DNA from: Candidatus Xenobia bacterium
GTDB taxonomy: Bacteria; Vulcanimicrobiota; Xenobia; Xenobiales; QWHO01
Direction of reading: 5' to 3'
Length of the DNA stretch: 64,000 nt
Assembly: GCA_045863235.1 (NCBI GenBank)
Contig: BTUM01000020.1
Coordinates: forward strand, 43,287-107,286
Part shown: positions 43,593 to 51,549 of the stretch, piece by piece
How the letters are laid out: each line of letters begins with the position of its first letter
How positions within the stretch are numbered: the stretch's first letter is position 1
Position numbers and translations under genes: made by a program
The notes under the pieces: model-generated
What the model was told of the DNA's origin: nothing
Database searches by the model: none
Seen by the model: the letters and a program-made list of their open reading frames with translations, nothing else

Positions 43593-46500
43593 ATGGCTCG
43601 CAAGCCCGCGGCCCAGGCTCCCCGCACCATCGGCGACCTCATCGAGGTTCCCCCGATCCGCACCGTCATTCAGCTGGTGGACGCCGGTCGCGCCGAGCTT
43701 CGCGACGAGCTGCTGGGCAGTTTCGTGTTTACCGGCGAGGTGGAGGCCTTCTTCGCTCGCCTGCTGCCGGCTCTGGCTCAACCCACCGGGCTGGGGGCCT
43801 TCCTCAAGGGCCACTACGGCAGCGGCAAGTCCCATTGCCTTACTTTCCTGCAGCGCCTGCTCGAGCGCGATCCCCTGGCCCGCGAGCGGCTCCCCGAGGG
43901 CCTGAGCGCCGTGGAGCGCGATTTCCTGGTCGTGCCCATCCCCCTGACGGCCTACAGCAACCGCACGCCGCTCGAGAGCATCGTGATGCTGGGCGTGGAG
44001 GAGGCGTTGCGCTCGGCCACCGGGACGCGCCCGGTGCTGGCCGACCGCACCCGTCTGCTGGAGAATTTCCGGCTCTTGATCCTGCCCCACTACCCCCTGC
44101 CGGGCTGGGAGGAGCTGGGCGAGGAGGAGGCTGCCAGGGCGGCCCTCGAGCTCTTGCGCAGCCTGCCCGAGAACCCCCTGCAGCTGAGCTTCGACCGGCG
44201 CCAGACCATGGACCGCCTGCAAGAGCACCTCCAGGGGCGCGCCCTGGTGCTGCTGCTCGACGAGCTTTCCGAGTTCTTGCGATCCAAGGGCAACAGCGCC
44301 GGCTACCACGAGGACATTCGCTATTTGCAGTTTCTGGGCGAGTGGGCCCAGCAGATGCCGCTCTTCGTGGTGGCCACGCTGCAGCAGTCGCTCGAAGAGC
44401 TCGGCTACGGCGAGGAGGAGACCTACCTGCGCATCAAGGAGCGCTATCCCCTGCGCTTCACCCTCTCGGCCCGCCACGTCTCCGACCTGGTGGAGGGTCG
44501 CCTGATCCGCCGCAAGCCGGGCGCCGAGGAGGTCCTCGAGCGGCTCTGGCGCGAGCTGGAGGAAGCCTATCCCGGACTGATCTCGCGCGAGCGCTTCCTC
44601 AAGACCTACCCGGTCCACCCCGCCACGCTCGAGCTGCTCGAAGGTCTGATGCCCATCTTCTCGCGTCACCGCGGGGTGGTGGATTTCGTGCATACCCGCC
44701 TGGCCGGCAACCCCCTCAAGGGCGAGAGCGGCCTGCTCGGCGAGCCGTTGGACCGGCTCTTGACGCCGGACACCATCTTTGACCACTTCGAGGAGCGTTT
44801 CAGCGAGATAGGCGAGCTCTCACCCTACCGCGATACCGTCTGGGCTCACCTTGCGGGCGAGATCCCTCGTCTTTTCGAGCAACCGCGCGAGCGCGAGATG
44901 GCCGAGCAGGCGGTCAAGATCCTGATTCTGGCCGAGGCCCGCCAGACCCCGGTGGCCCGCGACGCGGCTGGCCTTGCGCGTATGATGGCCCGGCGCATCA
45001 GCCGCCTGTCGGCCCAGGTGAACGTGGACTACCTGCGCGAGAACGTGCTCGAAGTGCTGATCGCCCGGTCCTCGTTCGTGGCCCGGCGAGGCCAGGAGTA
45101 CTTCCTCGATCTCGAGGCCAACGTCAACCAGCTGCTCAGCCGGCGCTTGCGAGCGGTTCGTCCCGACAAGGTGGGCGACTGGGGCCAGCTGCTCTCGCTG
45201 GTCAAGCGAAACGAGTTGCCGCTGGCCGAGTACGCGGGCCTGCGCAAGAGCACCCTCAAGTGGGAGAATTCGGTGCGCGAGGGCCTGTCGGGCTGGCTGG
45301 ACGTACGCGCGCTTCCCTATCAGGAGTTCATCCGCACCCTCAACCGGCTGGAGGAGGACTCGCTGGACTTTGCCGTCCATCTGGGCCTGCCCGAGGAGGG
45401 CCAGGGCGAGGCGGCTCGGGCCCTGCTCGAGCACGCCCGGCAGAGTCGCATGGCGCCCACGGTGCTATTCTGGTTGCCGACCCCGCCCGACGCCGAGGCG
45501 AGCGAGTTGGCCCGCGACGTGCTGGCTCACCGCCGGGTGGCCCACGATCTCGAGGAGGAGGGCCAGCACGATCCGGCCCGCCTGGTGCGGGCCAACCTGG
45601 AGAAGCTGGAGCGAAAGCTCGAGCGAGCCCTGGCCGACCTCTACGCGGCCGGGCGGGTGCTGCGGGTGGGGGCAGAGGAGAAGGCTCCGGCCGGCGACCC
45701 CATGCAGTGGAGCGAGGTGCTCGCGCGGCTCTTGAAGCCCCGCCTGGCCGAGCTCTATCCCCGTTTTGCCAGCGTGGCTCCCTTCACCGACCTTCTCACC
45801 CGCAAGGCCCTCGAGCGCCTCTGGGCAGAGTTCCTGGCCGAAGGGCGGGCGGCTCGTCCCGGCCAGGCCGACGTTCTCATTGAGACCCTGCTCAAGCCTC
45901 TGGGGCTGGTTCAGGAGGCGAGCGACCACTACGCCCTGCAGGTCGACCCCATCGGTTCTCCGGTGCAGGCCGAGCTGCTCGACCGGTTGCTCCCCGACCA
46001 GAAGATCCCCTTGAGCCAGCTGCGACGGGCCCTGCAGAAGGGTCCCTTCGGGCTGCTCGCGGATCAGTTCGCGCTGCTGGCGGCGGGACTGATCCAGGCC
46101 GGTCGGGTCACCCCCTACGTCAACGACCGCGCTACCCGCCTGGGCTCGATTCGTGACCTGACGCAGCCCCGGGTGGAGGCGCTGGGTCAGGCCCAGATGC
46201 TGGAGGCGAGCCAGCTCGAGCGCCTGGGGGAGCTGGCCTTCTTGTGGCCAGGCGAGAGCCTGTTGCCTCTCAGCCCGACGCGCCTTCGCACCCTGTGGGA
46301 GAGCGCCCTGGCCAGCCTGAGCGCCTTGCGCGAGCAGGCTGACGAGCTGCACGCGCTCACGGGCAAGCTGCCGAGCTGCCCGGCCTTGCCGCTCGAGGAG
46401 CTGGCCGCCCGGGCCCGTCGCGTCGAGCAGATGCTGTCCGCGGTGGGCTCACCGGCCGGGGCCGCCGTGGGCCTGCGCCGGCTGCTCGAGCAGGACGTGG

Positions 46501-48464
46501 CCGAGCTCGAGCGAGCGTTTCGCGAGCTGCCCTTGTGGCTCGAGCTCTTGCGCCGTCACGGTCGGGCCATCGCCGCCGCCTGGCGTCGCTGGGAGGAAGC
46601 GCCCGACGTGCGCTCTCGCCTGGGCGAGCTGGTCGCTCATCCCGAGCGCTGGGAGGAGCTCTCGCTCGAGCTCTCCGAGCGCGAGGCAACCTATCGCCAG
46701 AGCTATACCGAGGCGCACCGCGAGTTCTATGCGGGCGAGGTGTTCAGCCTCAAGAAGCGCCTTCTGGCCACGGGCGAATGGGCTGCGGTGGAGGCCCTGG
46801 GCCCGGTGCTGGGGCTGGAGGCGCGTCCCAGCGCCGCTTCCCTCAAGCACCTCCTCGAAGAGCTCCCCCGCCCCTGCCGTCACCGTCTCGAGGAGCAGCT
46901 TCTCCTGGGCGTGCGCTGCGCCTGTGGCTTCGTGCCCGGCCAGAGCCCGCCCGAGGTGGAGGACCCGGGACCGCAGGTGCGTCAGGGCCTGGTCTCGGCC
47001 TGCCAGGCTCTGTGCGAGGCCCACGAGCGGCTGGACGTTTTCGTGCGCAACCTGCGCCAGGTAGGCCAGGAGGCCCGCGCGGCCCGCCTCGAGCAGGTGC
47101 TGGCGGCGGCCTCCGAGCTGGCCGCCGAGCCCGCCCTGGAGGGAACCTGGACGCGCCTGTCCACGCACCTTGCCGGCCTGGTCGACGGGCCCACCGTGGA
47201 GAGCTTGAGCCGGGCTCTGACCGGCCAGGTCCTGGTAGCGCCTCGTCGCCTGGAAGATCTGGTGCGCCGCCTGGAGGATCAGCGCTTACCGCTCTCTCGC
47301 CTGCGCCAGCATTTCGAGGAGTGGTTGGAAGCGGGCTCGCTACGTCCCGACAGCTGGGTGCACGTGCAGTACGGGCTTGACGCCGAGCGGGGCCTGGGGG
47401 CCTGGCTTGCGGCCTGGCTGGCCCAGCACTCGCTGGAGGCGGGCCGCGAGCTGCGGCGGCGCTTCCAACTCGAGGACGCGGGAGCGCCCTCGGGCTCGGC
47501 CGAGGAGGCTTACGCGCGGCTTTCCGAGGTTTTGCCTGTGTCAGCTCTCGATCCGGTCGCCGGAGCGCTGCAGGAGCGTATCTTTCCAGAAGTCTCGCTG
47601 CGCCTCTGTCGATCAGCTCTGTACCGGGCGCTGGAGGACCCTTCCGTGGCCCGCCGCCTTTTGGAGCTGCCGCGCATTGATTTCGAGCACCTGGAGGTGG
47701 CCCGCCTGGCCGCCGAGGTGCTCTCCTGCGAGTCGAGCGACTATCCCACCGTGGCCCGCCTGCTGCCCGAGTGGGGCTGCGCCCGCCACCTCGATCTTGC
47801 CGCCGGCCTGCTCGAGCCTGCGCTGGAAGCGGGCATTTCGGCCCGCCTGGAGGCTCTGCTGGAGGGCTGTGAGTTGCCTTCCCTGGGCCTCGGGGAGGCC
47901 CCCGCCGCTCTGGCGGGAAGCTGGAACGGCCCGCTGGTGGTGCTGGTGGTGGACGCCCTGCGTTGGGACCTGTGGGATCTCATGAGGGGCCTGGTGGAGG
48001 CCGAGCTGGGCGCTCCCGCGCAAGAGCAGCTGGCCCTCTCGCCGCTCCCCACGGTGACCACGCAGGCCCGCTCGGCCCTGCTAGGCGGCGAGGAGGAAGC
48101 TCCGCCCGGCAGCGACGGCCTCTTGCTCGCTCGTCCCGTGGTGCTGGTCAAGAACGCCGATGACAGGCGCAATCGCTCGCGGGTGGAGGGGCTCCTGGCT
48201 TCGCCCCCGCCGGTGCTGATGCTGCATCTGTCCTTCGTGGATCGGCGGCGCCACGAGTCGAGCCTCGAGCTCTGGCCGCTCTACCAGGAGCTGCTCGGCG
48301 AGGCACGCGTGCGGCTGGTGCCGCTGCTGCGCCTGATCCGGCCCGGCTGCCGGATCTTGCTGCTGGCCGACCACGGCTTTCTGGGGGTGGAGGAGGGCGA
48401 CCGGGCCCACGGAGGCGCGCGTCCTCAAGAGCGGGTCGTGCCCGCCGTGGTCTGGGAGCGTTAG
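43593..48464 (+). CDS. BREX BrxC/DUF6079-like P-loop ATPase fused to a C-terminal PglZ-like domain
   Basis: IGDLIEVPPIRTVIQL N-terminus, Walker A GHYGSGKSH, Walker B LLLDELSEFL, YPVHP, C-x13-CACGF Zn motif; C-terminal VDALRWD, LPTVT, ADHGF, HGG..PQE.VVP. Confidence 0.8.
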   Translation: MARKPAAQAPRTIGDLIEVPPIRTVIQLVDAGRAELRDELLGSFVFTGEVEAFFARLLPALAQPTGLGAFLKGHYGSGKSHCLTFLQRLLERDPLARERLPEGLSAVERDFLVVPIPLTAYSNRTPLESIVMLGVEEALRSATGTRPVLADRTRLLENFRLLILPHYPLPGWEELGEEEAARAALELLRSLPENPLQLSFDRRQTMDRLQEHLQGRALVLLLDELSEFLRSKGNSAGYHEDIRYLQFLGEWAQQMPLFVVATLQQSLEELGYGEEETYLRIKERYPLRFTLSARHVSDLVEGRLIRRKPGAEEVLERLWRELEEAYPGLISRERFLKTYPVHPATLELLEGLMPIFSRHRGVVDFVHTRLAGNPLKGESGLLGEPLDRLLTPDTIFDHFEERFSEIGELSPYRDTVWAHLAGEIPRLFEQPREREMAEQAVKILILAEARQTPVARDAAGLARMMARRISRLSAQVNVDYLRENVLEVLIARSSFVARRGQEYFLDLEANVNQLLSRRLRAVRPDKVGDWGQLLSLVKRNELPLAEYAGLRKSTLKWENSVREGLSGWLDVRALPYQEFIRTLNRLEEDSLDFAVHLGLPEEGQGEAARALLEHARQSRMAPTVLFWLPTPPDAEASELARDVLAHRRVAHDLEEEGQHDPARLVRANLEKLERKLERALADLYAAGRVLRVGAEEKAPAGDPMQWSEVLARLLKPRLAELYPRFASVAPFTDLLTRKALERLWAEFLAEGRAARPGQADVLIETLLKPLGLVQEASDHYALQVDPIGSPVQAELLDRLLPDQKIPLSQLRRALQKGPFGLLADQFALLAAGLIQAGRVTPYVNDRATRLGSIRDLTQPRVEALGQAQMLEASQLERLGELAFLWPGESLLPLSPTRLRTLWESALASLSALREQADELHALTGKLPSCPALPLEELAARARRVEQMLSAVGSPAGAAVGLRRLLEQDVAELERAFRELPLWLELLRRHGRAIAAAWRRWEEAPDVRSRLGELVAHPERWEELSLELSEREATYRQSYTEAHREFYAGEVFSLKKRLLATGEWAAVEALGPVLGLEARPSAASLKHLLEELPRPCRHRLEEQLLLGVRCACGFVPGQSPPEVEDPGPQVRQGLVSACQALCEAHERLDVFVRNLRQVGQEARAARLEQVLAAASELAAEPALEGTWTRLSTHLAGLVDGPTVESLSRALTGQVLVAPRRLEDLVRRLEDQRLPLSRLRQHFEEWLEAGSLRPDSWVHVQYGLDAERGLGAWLAAWLAQHSLEAGRELRRRFQLEDAGAPSGSAEEAYARLSEVLPVSALDPVAGALQERIFPEVSLRLCRSALYRALEDPSVARRLLELPRIDFEHLEVARLAAEVLSCESSDYPTVARLLPEWGCARHLDLAAGLLEPALEAGISARLEALLEGCELPSLGLGEAPAALAGSWNGPLVVLVVDALRWDLWDLMRGLVEAELGAPAQEQLALSPLPTVTTQARSALLGGEEEAPPGSDGLLLARPVVLVKNADDRRNRSRVEGLLASPPPVLMLHLSFVDRRRHESSLELWPLYQELLGEARVRLVPLLRLIRPGCRILLLADHGFLGVEEGDRAHGGARPQERVVPAVVWER

Positions 48465-48465
48465 C

Positions 48466-51400
48466 TCAACCGCCGTGGGCCAGATCCTCGCTTAACTTCC
48501 CCTCCCTTATTCCGTAGAGCCCGGCGTAGCGCACCGGCTCGGGCGCCAGCTTCGCCCAGTGCTCGGCGTACTGCTCCACCTGACCTGCGTAGCGCGCCAC
48601 CAGCTCGTCCAGGCTCCTGCGGTCGGTCTTGTAGTCCACCAGCTCCCACCCCTCCTCCTGCTGCAGGGCCAGATCCAGCACACCAAAGATCAGCCGGTCC
48701 TCCACCCGGGCCCCGAAAGGCACCTCCACCAGGCGCTGGCCGGCTTGCATGGCCCGGGCCCAGAAGGGGGTCGTCTTCACCTGCTCCACCGTCTCCAGGG
48801 CCAGCGGTATCAGCTGGCTCAACTCCGGCGACTCGAAGGTGAACCAGCGAGCCAGTCTTGCCAACTCGTCCGAGCCCAGTGAAGGTTTGCGCATGAGCTG
48901 CTCGAGCAGCCGGTGGATCAGCTCGCCCCAGGCGGCACCCGCGTCGGGACGCTCGCTGCTCAGGGCCTCCTCGGGGATGGGCGCGCTCCACACCTGGAGG
49001 CGCTCCTCGTGGTTGCTGGCGGTGACCGAGGTACGCCGCCAGCTCAGCTCGCGGGCGCTCTCCCAGTCGCACACAGGGGGGTGCTTGCGACGCTTGCGGG
49101 GGCGAGACGGCTCGAGCGCCGGGGGCAGCTCGTCGGCTTCGCCCAGGAACTCGTCGAAAGCCGCCCAGGGGCGGTGGGCCGAGCCGTGAGTGCCGGTCCA
49201 CTGGCTCACGACCAGCTGCTCGCGGGCCCGGGTGGCGGCCACGTAGAGCAGGCGGATCCGCTCCGCATTCAGATAGCCGATCTCGGCCGCCTCGTGCTCG
49301 GGCCAGTCGGGGGGCTGGGCGAAGATGCGATACTGGTTGCGCATGGTGAGAAATCCCCGGGCGCCCCCCTCGGCTCGCAGAATACGCCGGTCGGCCCGCA
49401 CCGCCAAGCCCCCGGTGGGGGCCACCAGGAAGACGACCCGGGCCTCCAGGCCCTTGGCCTGGTGGAGGTTCATCAACCGGACCACGTCCGAGCGTCCGCA
49501 ATCGAGGGCCAGAGGACGTTCCTGGCGCACGCTGAGAAGCCCGCGCAGGGCCTCGGAGAAGGTCAGGCCCTCCGAGCAGGCCAGGCGGAGCGCATCGGCG
49601 ATCTGCAAGAGCTCGGCGGCGCCTCCCGGTCGGGCGGCCGCCAGGGCCAGCAGGCCGGAGTCTTCCAGCACTTTCTCCACGGCGGCCCCGATGGGCAGGC
49701 GGCCGAGCAGCTGGTGCATGGCGCGCAGGCGCTGCAGGGCCTGGTTGACCACCCGCTCGCCCTGATCAGATGGGTAGAAGGCGCCCCCCTGCAGGCGGTG
49801 GCGATAGAGAGTGTCGTCGTCGATCCCAAAGAGCGTGCCGCGCAGCACGCCCACCAGGCTCACCTCGTCTTGCGGGTCGCTGAGCACGCTCAAGAGCTCG
49901 AAGAGAGCCCCCACCTCCTCGTCGGCGCTGGCGTGACCGCCGGTGACCTCGCAGGGCACGGCCCGCTCGGCCAGGGCCTGGGCGTACAGGCTGAGGTGCT
50001 CGCGCCTCATGGTGAGCAGGAGGAAGTCGCCGGCGCGATAGTCGCCTGAGGCGATGGCCCCCGAGATCCACTCGGCCACCTTCGGAGCCTCGCAGTCGCT
50101 GGTCTGGGAGTATCGCTCCGAGCTAACCGGGCTGCGCCACAGCCGGGCCTGGCCCGTCTTCACCGGCACCAGGGGCGAGAAGGCGGCTTGCTCGTCGGTA
50201 GGCTCTTCAGGCAGCAGGCGGCTGAAGACGCGGTTGGTCCATTCGCAGAGCCCGGGCAGCGAGCGGAAGGAGGCGCTGAGGGTCACGGTGCGGTCCATGC
50301 GCTCGCGCACCTGGTTGTAGGTCTCGATGTCGGCGCGCCGGAAGCGGTAGATCGACTGCTTGGGGTCGCCCACGATGAAGAGGGCTCCGGGGCGCAGCTC
50401 CAGCTGGCTCCAGTCGCTTTCTTCTTGCCCCGGTCGGGCGGCCAGCAGGAACAACACCTCGGCCTGGATGGGATCGGTGTCCTGGAACTCGTCCACGAAG
50501 AGCCAGCGGTAGCGGCGCTGCAGGCGCTCGCGCACCTCGGGACGCTCGCGCAAGAGTCGGGCGGCGATCGTCAGAAGGTCGTTGAAGTTCAGCAGCCCCC
50601 GGCGGCGTCGCTCTTCTCGGTAGCGCTCACGCACGGTCTGGAGAAAGCCGGTGCAGAGGGTGTAGAGGAAGGCCTTCCAGTCGCGCAGGAAGGGCTCTGC
50701 GATTTGCTCTCGGAAGGCGTTGGCTCGGGCCAGGGCGCGGTCGCAGTTGGCCCGCCGCTCGGCCGGGCTCTCGCCCCACCATTTCTGCACCGATTTGGGC
50801 TCGCGCTCAAAGAGCGACAGAAGACCGACCAGGTTGAAGAGATCGCGGGAGGCGCGACTTTTCTTGCCCAGGAACTGATCGCTTCGCTTGAAGAGCTCAC
50901 AGGTGGTGTGGACGGCCTGAACGCTCCGGGGAAGAAGACCCTCGATCTCTTCGGCAAACTGGTCCACGGCCTTCCAGGCGGCCTCGACGTCGGGCCGGGG
51001 ATGGTTGCCGGGGGGGAAGTCGACCTCGCCGTTATCGCACACGATGGCCAGGGCGTCGAGCAGATCCTCGGGAGCTGCCCCCGACTCGGACAGCTCGCGG
51101 CGCACCGCCACGCCCTCGGGCTCTTCGAGGCAGCGGCGGAAGATGAAGTTGCGCAGGGTCTGATCCTCGGCTTCGTCGGTCTCGCGAAAGCCGGGGGTGA
51201 TGCCGGCCTCGACGGGAACCTCGCGCACGAGCGAGGCGCAAAACGAGTGCACCGTGCCCAGAAACATGCGGTCGAGCTCTTGCAGGGCCTGGCTCAGGAG
51301 GGGCGAGGGCTCCTCGGCAATGGCCTGCTCGAGCGCGAGCTGCAGGCGGCCGCGCAGCTCGGAGGCGGCCTTGCGGGTGAAGGTCACCGCCGCCATCTCG

Positions 51401-51549
51401 CCGGTCCGGTAGCGGCCGGAGCGCAGTCCGGCCACCATGCGCGAGGAGAGGCTTTGGGTCTTGCCCGAGCCGGCGGGGGCCTCCACCATCAAGTTGAAGG
51501 CGAGATCGCTGGCAATCTGCTCGCGCGCTTTCTGGTCGGGCAGGGTCAT
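48466..51549 (-). CDS. addA: AddA-like UvrD helicase with C-terminal PD-(D/E)XK nuclease
   Basis: EAPAGSGKT, TFTRKAA.EL, GTVHSFC, VDEFQDTD, VGDPKQSIYRFRRAD, HQAKGLE, LLYVAATRA and LVDYKTD motifs. Confidence 0.88.
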   Translation of the reverse strand: MTLPDQKAREQIASDLAFNLMVEAPAGSGKTQSLSSRMVAGLRSGRYRTGEMAAVTFTRKAASELRGRLQLALEQAIAEEPSPLLSQALQELDRMFLGTVHSFCASLVREVPVEAGITPGFRETDEAEDQTLRNFIFRRCLEEPEGVAVRRELSESGAAPEDLLDALAIVCDNGEVDFPPGNHPRPDVEAAWKAVDQFAEEIEGLLPRSVQAVHTTCELFKRSDQFLGKKSRASRDLFNLVGLLSLFEREPKSVQKWWGESPAERRANCDRALARANAFREQIAEPFLRDWKAFLYTLCTGFLQTVRERYREERRRRGLLNFNDLLTIAARLLRERPEVRERLQRRYRWLFVDEFQDTDPIQAEVLFLLAARPGQEESDWSQLELRPGALFIVGDPKQSIYRFRRADIETYNQVRERMDRTVTLSASFRSLPGLCEWTNRVFSRLLPEEPTDEQAAFSPLVPVKTGQARLWRSPVSSERYSQTSDCEAPKVAEWISGAIASGDYRAGDFLLLTMRREHLSLYAQALAERAVPCEVTGGHASADEEVGALFELLSVLSDPQDEVSLVGVLRGTLFGIDDDTLYRHRLQGGAFYPSDQGERVVNQALQRLRAMHQLLGRLPIGAAVEKVLEDSGLLALAAARPGGAAELLQIADALRLACSEGLTFSEALRGLLSVRQERPLALDCGRSDVVRLMNLHQAKGLEARVVFLVAPTGGLAVRADRRILRAEGGARGFLTMRNQYRIFAQPPDWPEHEAAEIGYLNAERIRLLYVAATRAREQLVVSQWTGTHGSAHRPWAAFDEFLGEADELPPALEPSRPRKRRKHPPVCDWESARELSWRRTSVTASNHEERLQVWSAPIPEEALSSERPDAGAAWGELIHRLLEQLMRKPSLGSDELARLARWFTFESPELSQLIPLALETVEQVKTTPFWARAMQAGQRLVEVPFGARVEDRLIFGVLDLALQQEEGWELVDYKTDRRSLDELVARYAGQVEQYAEHWAKLAPEPVRYAGLYGIREGKLSEDLAHGG

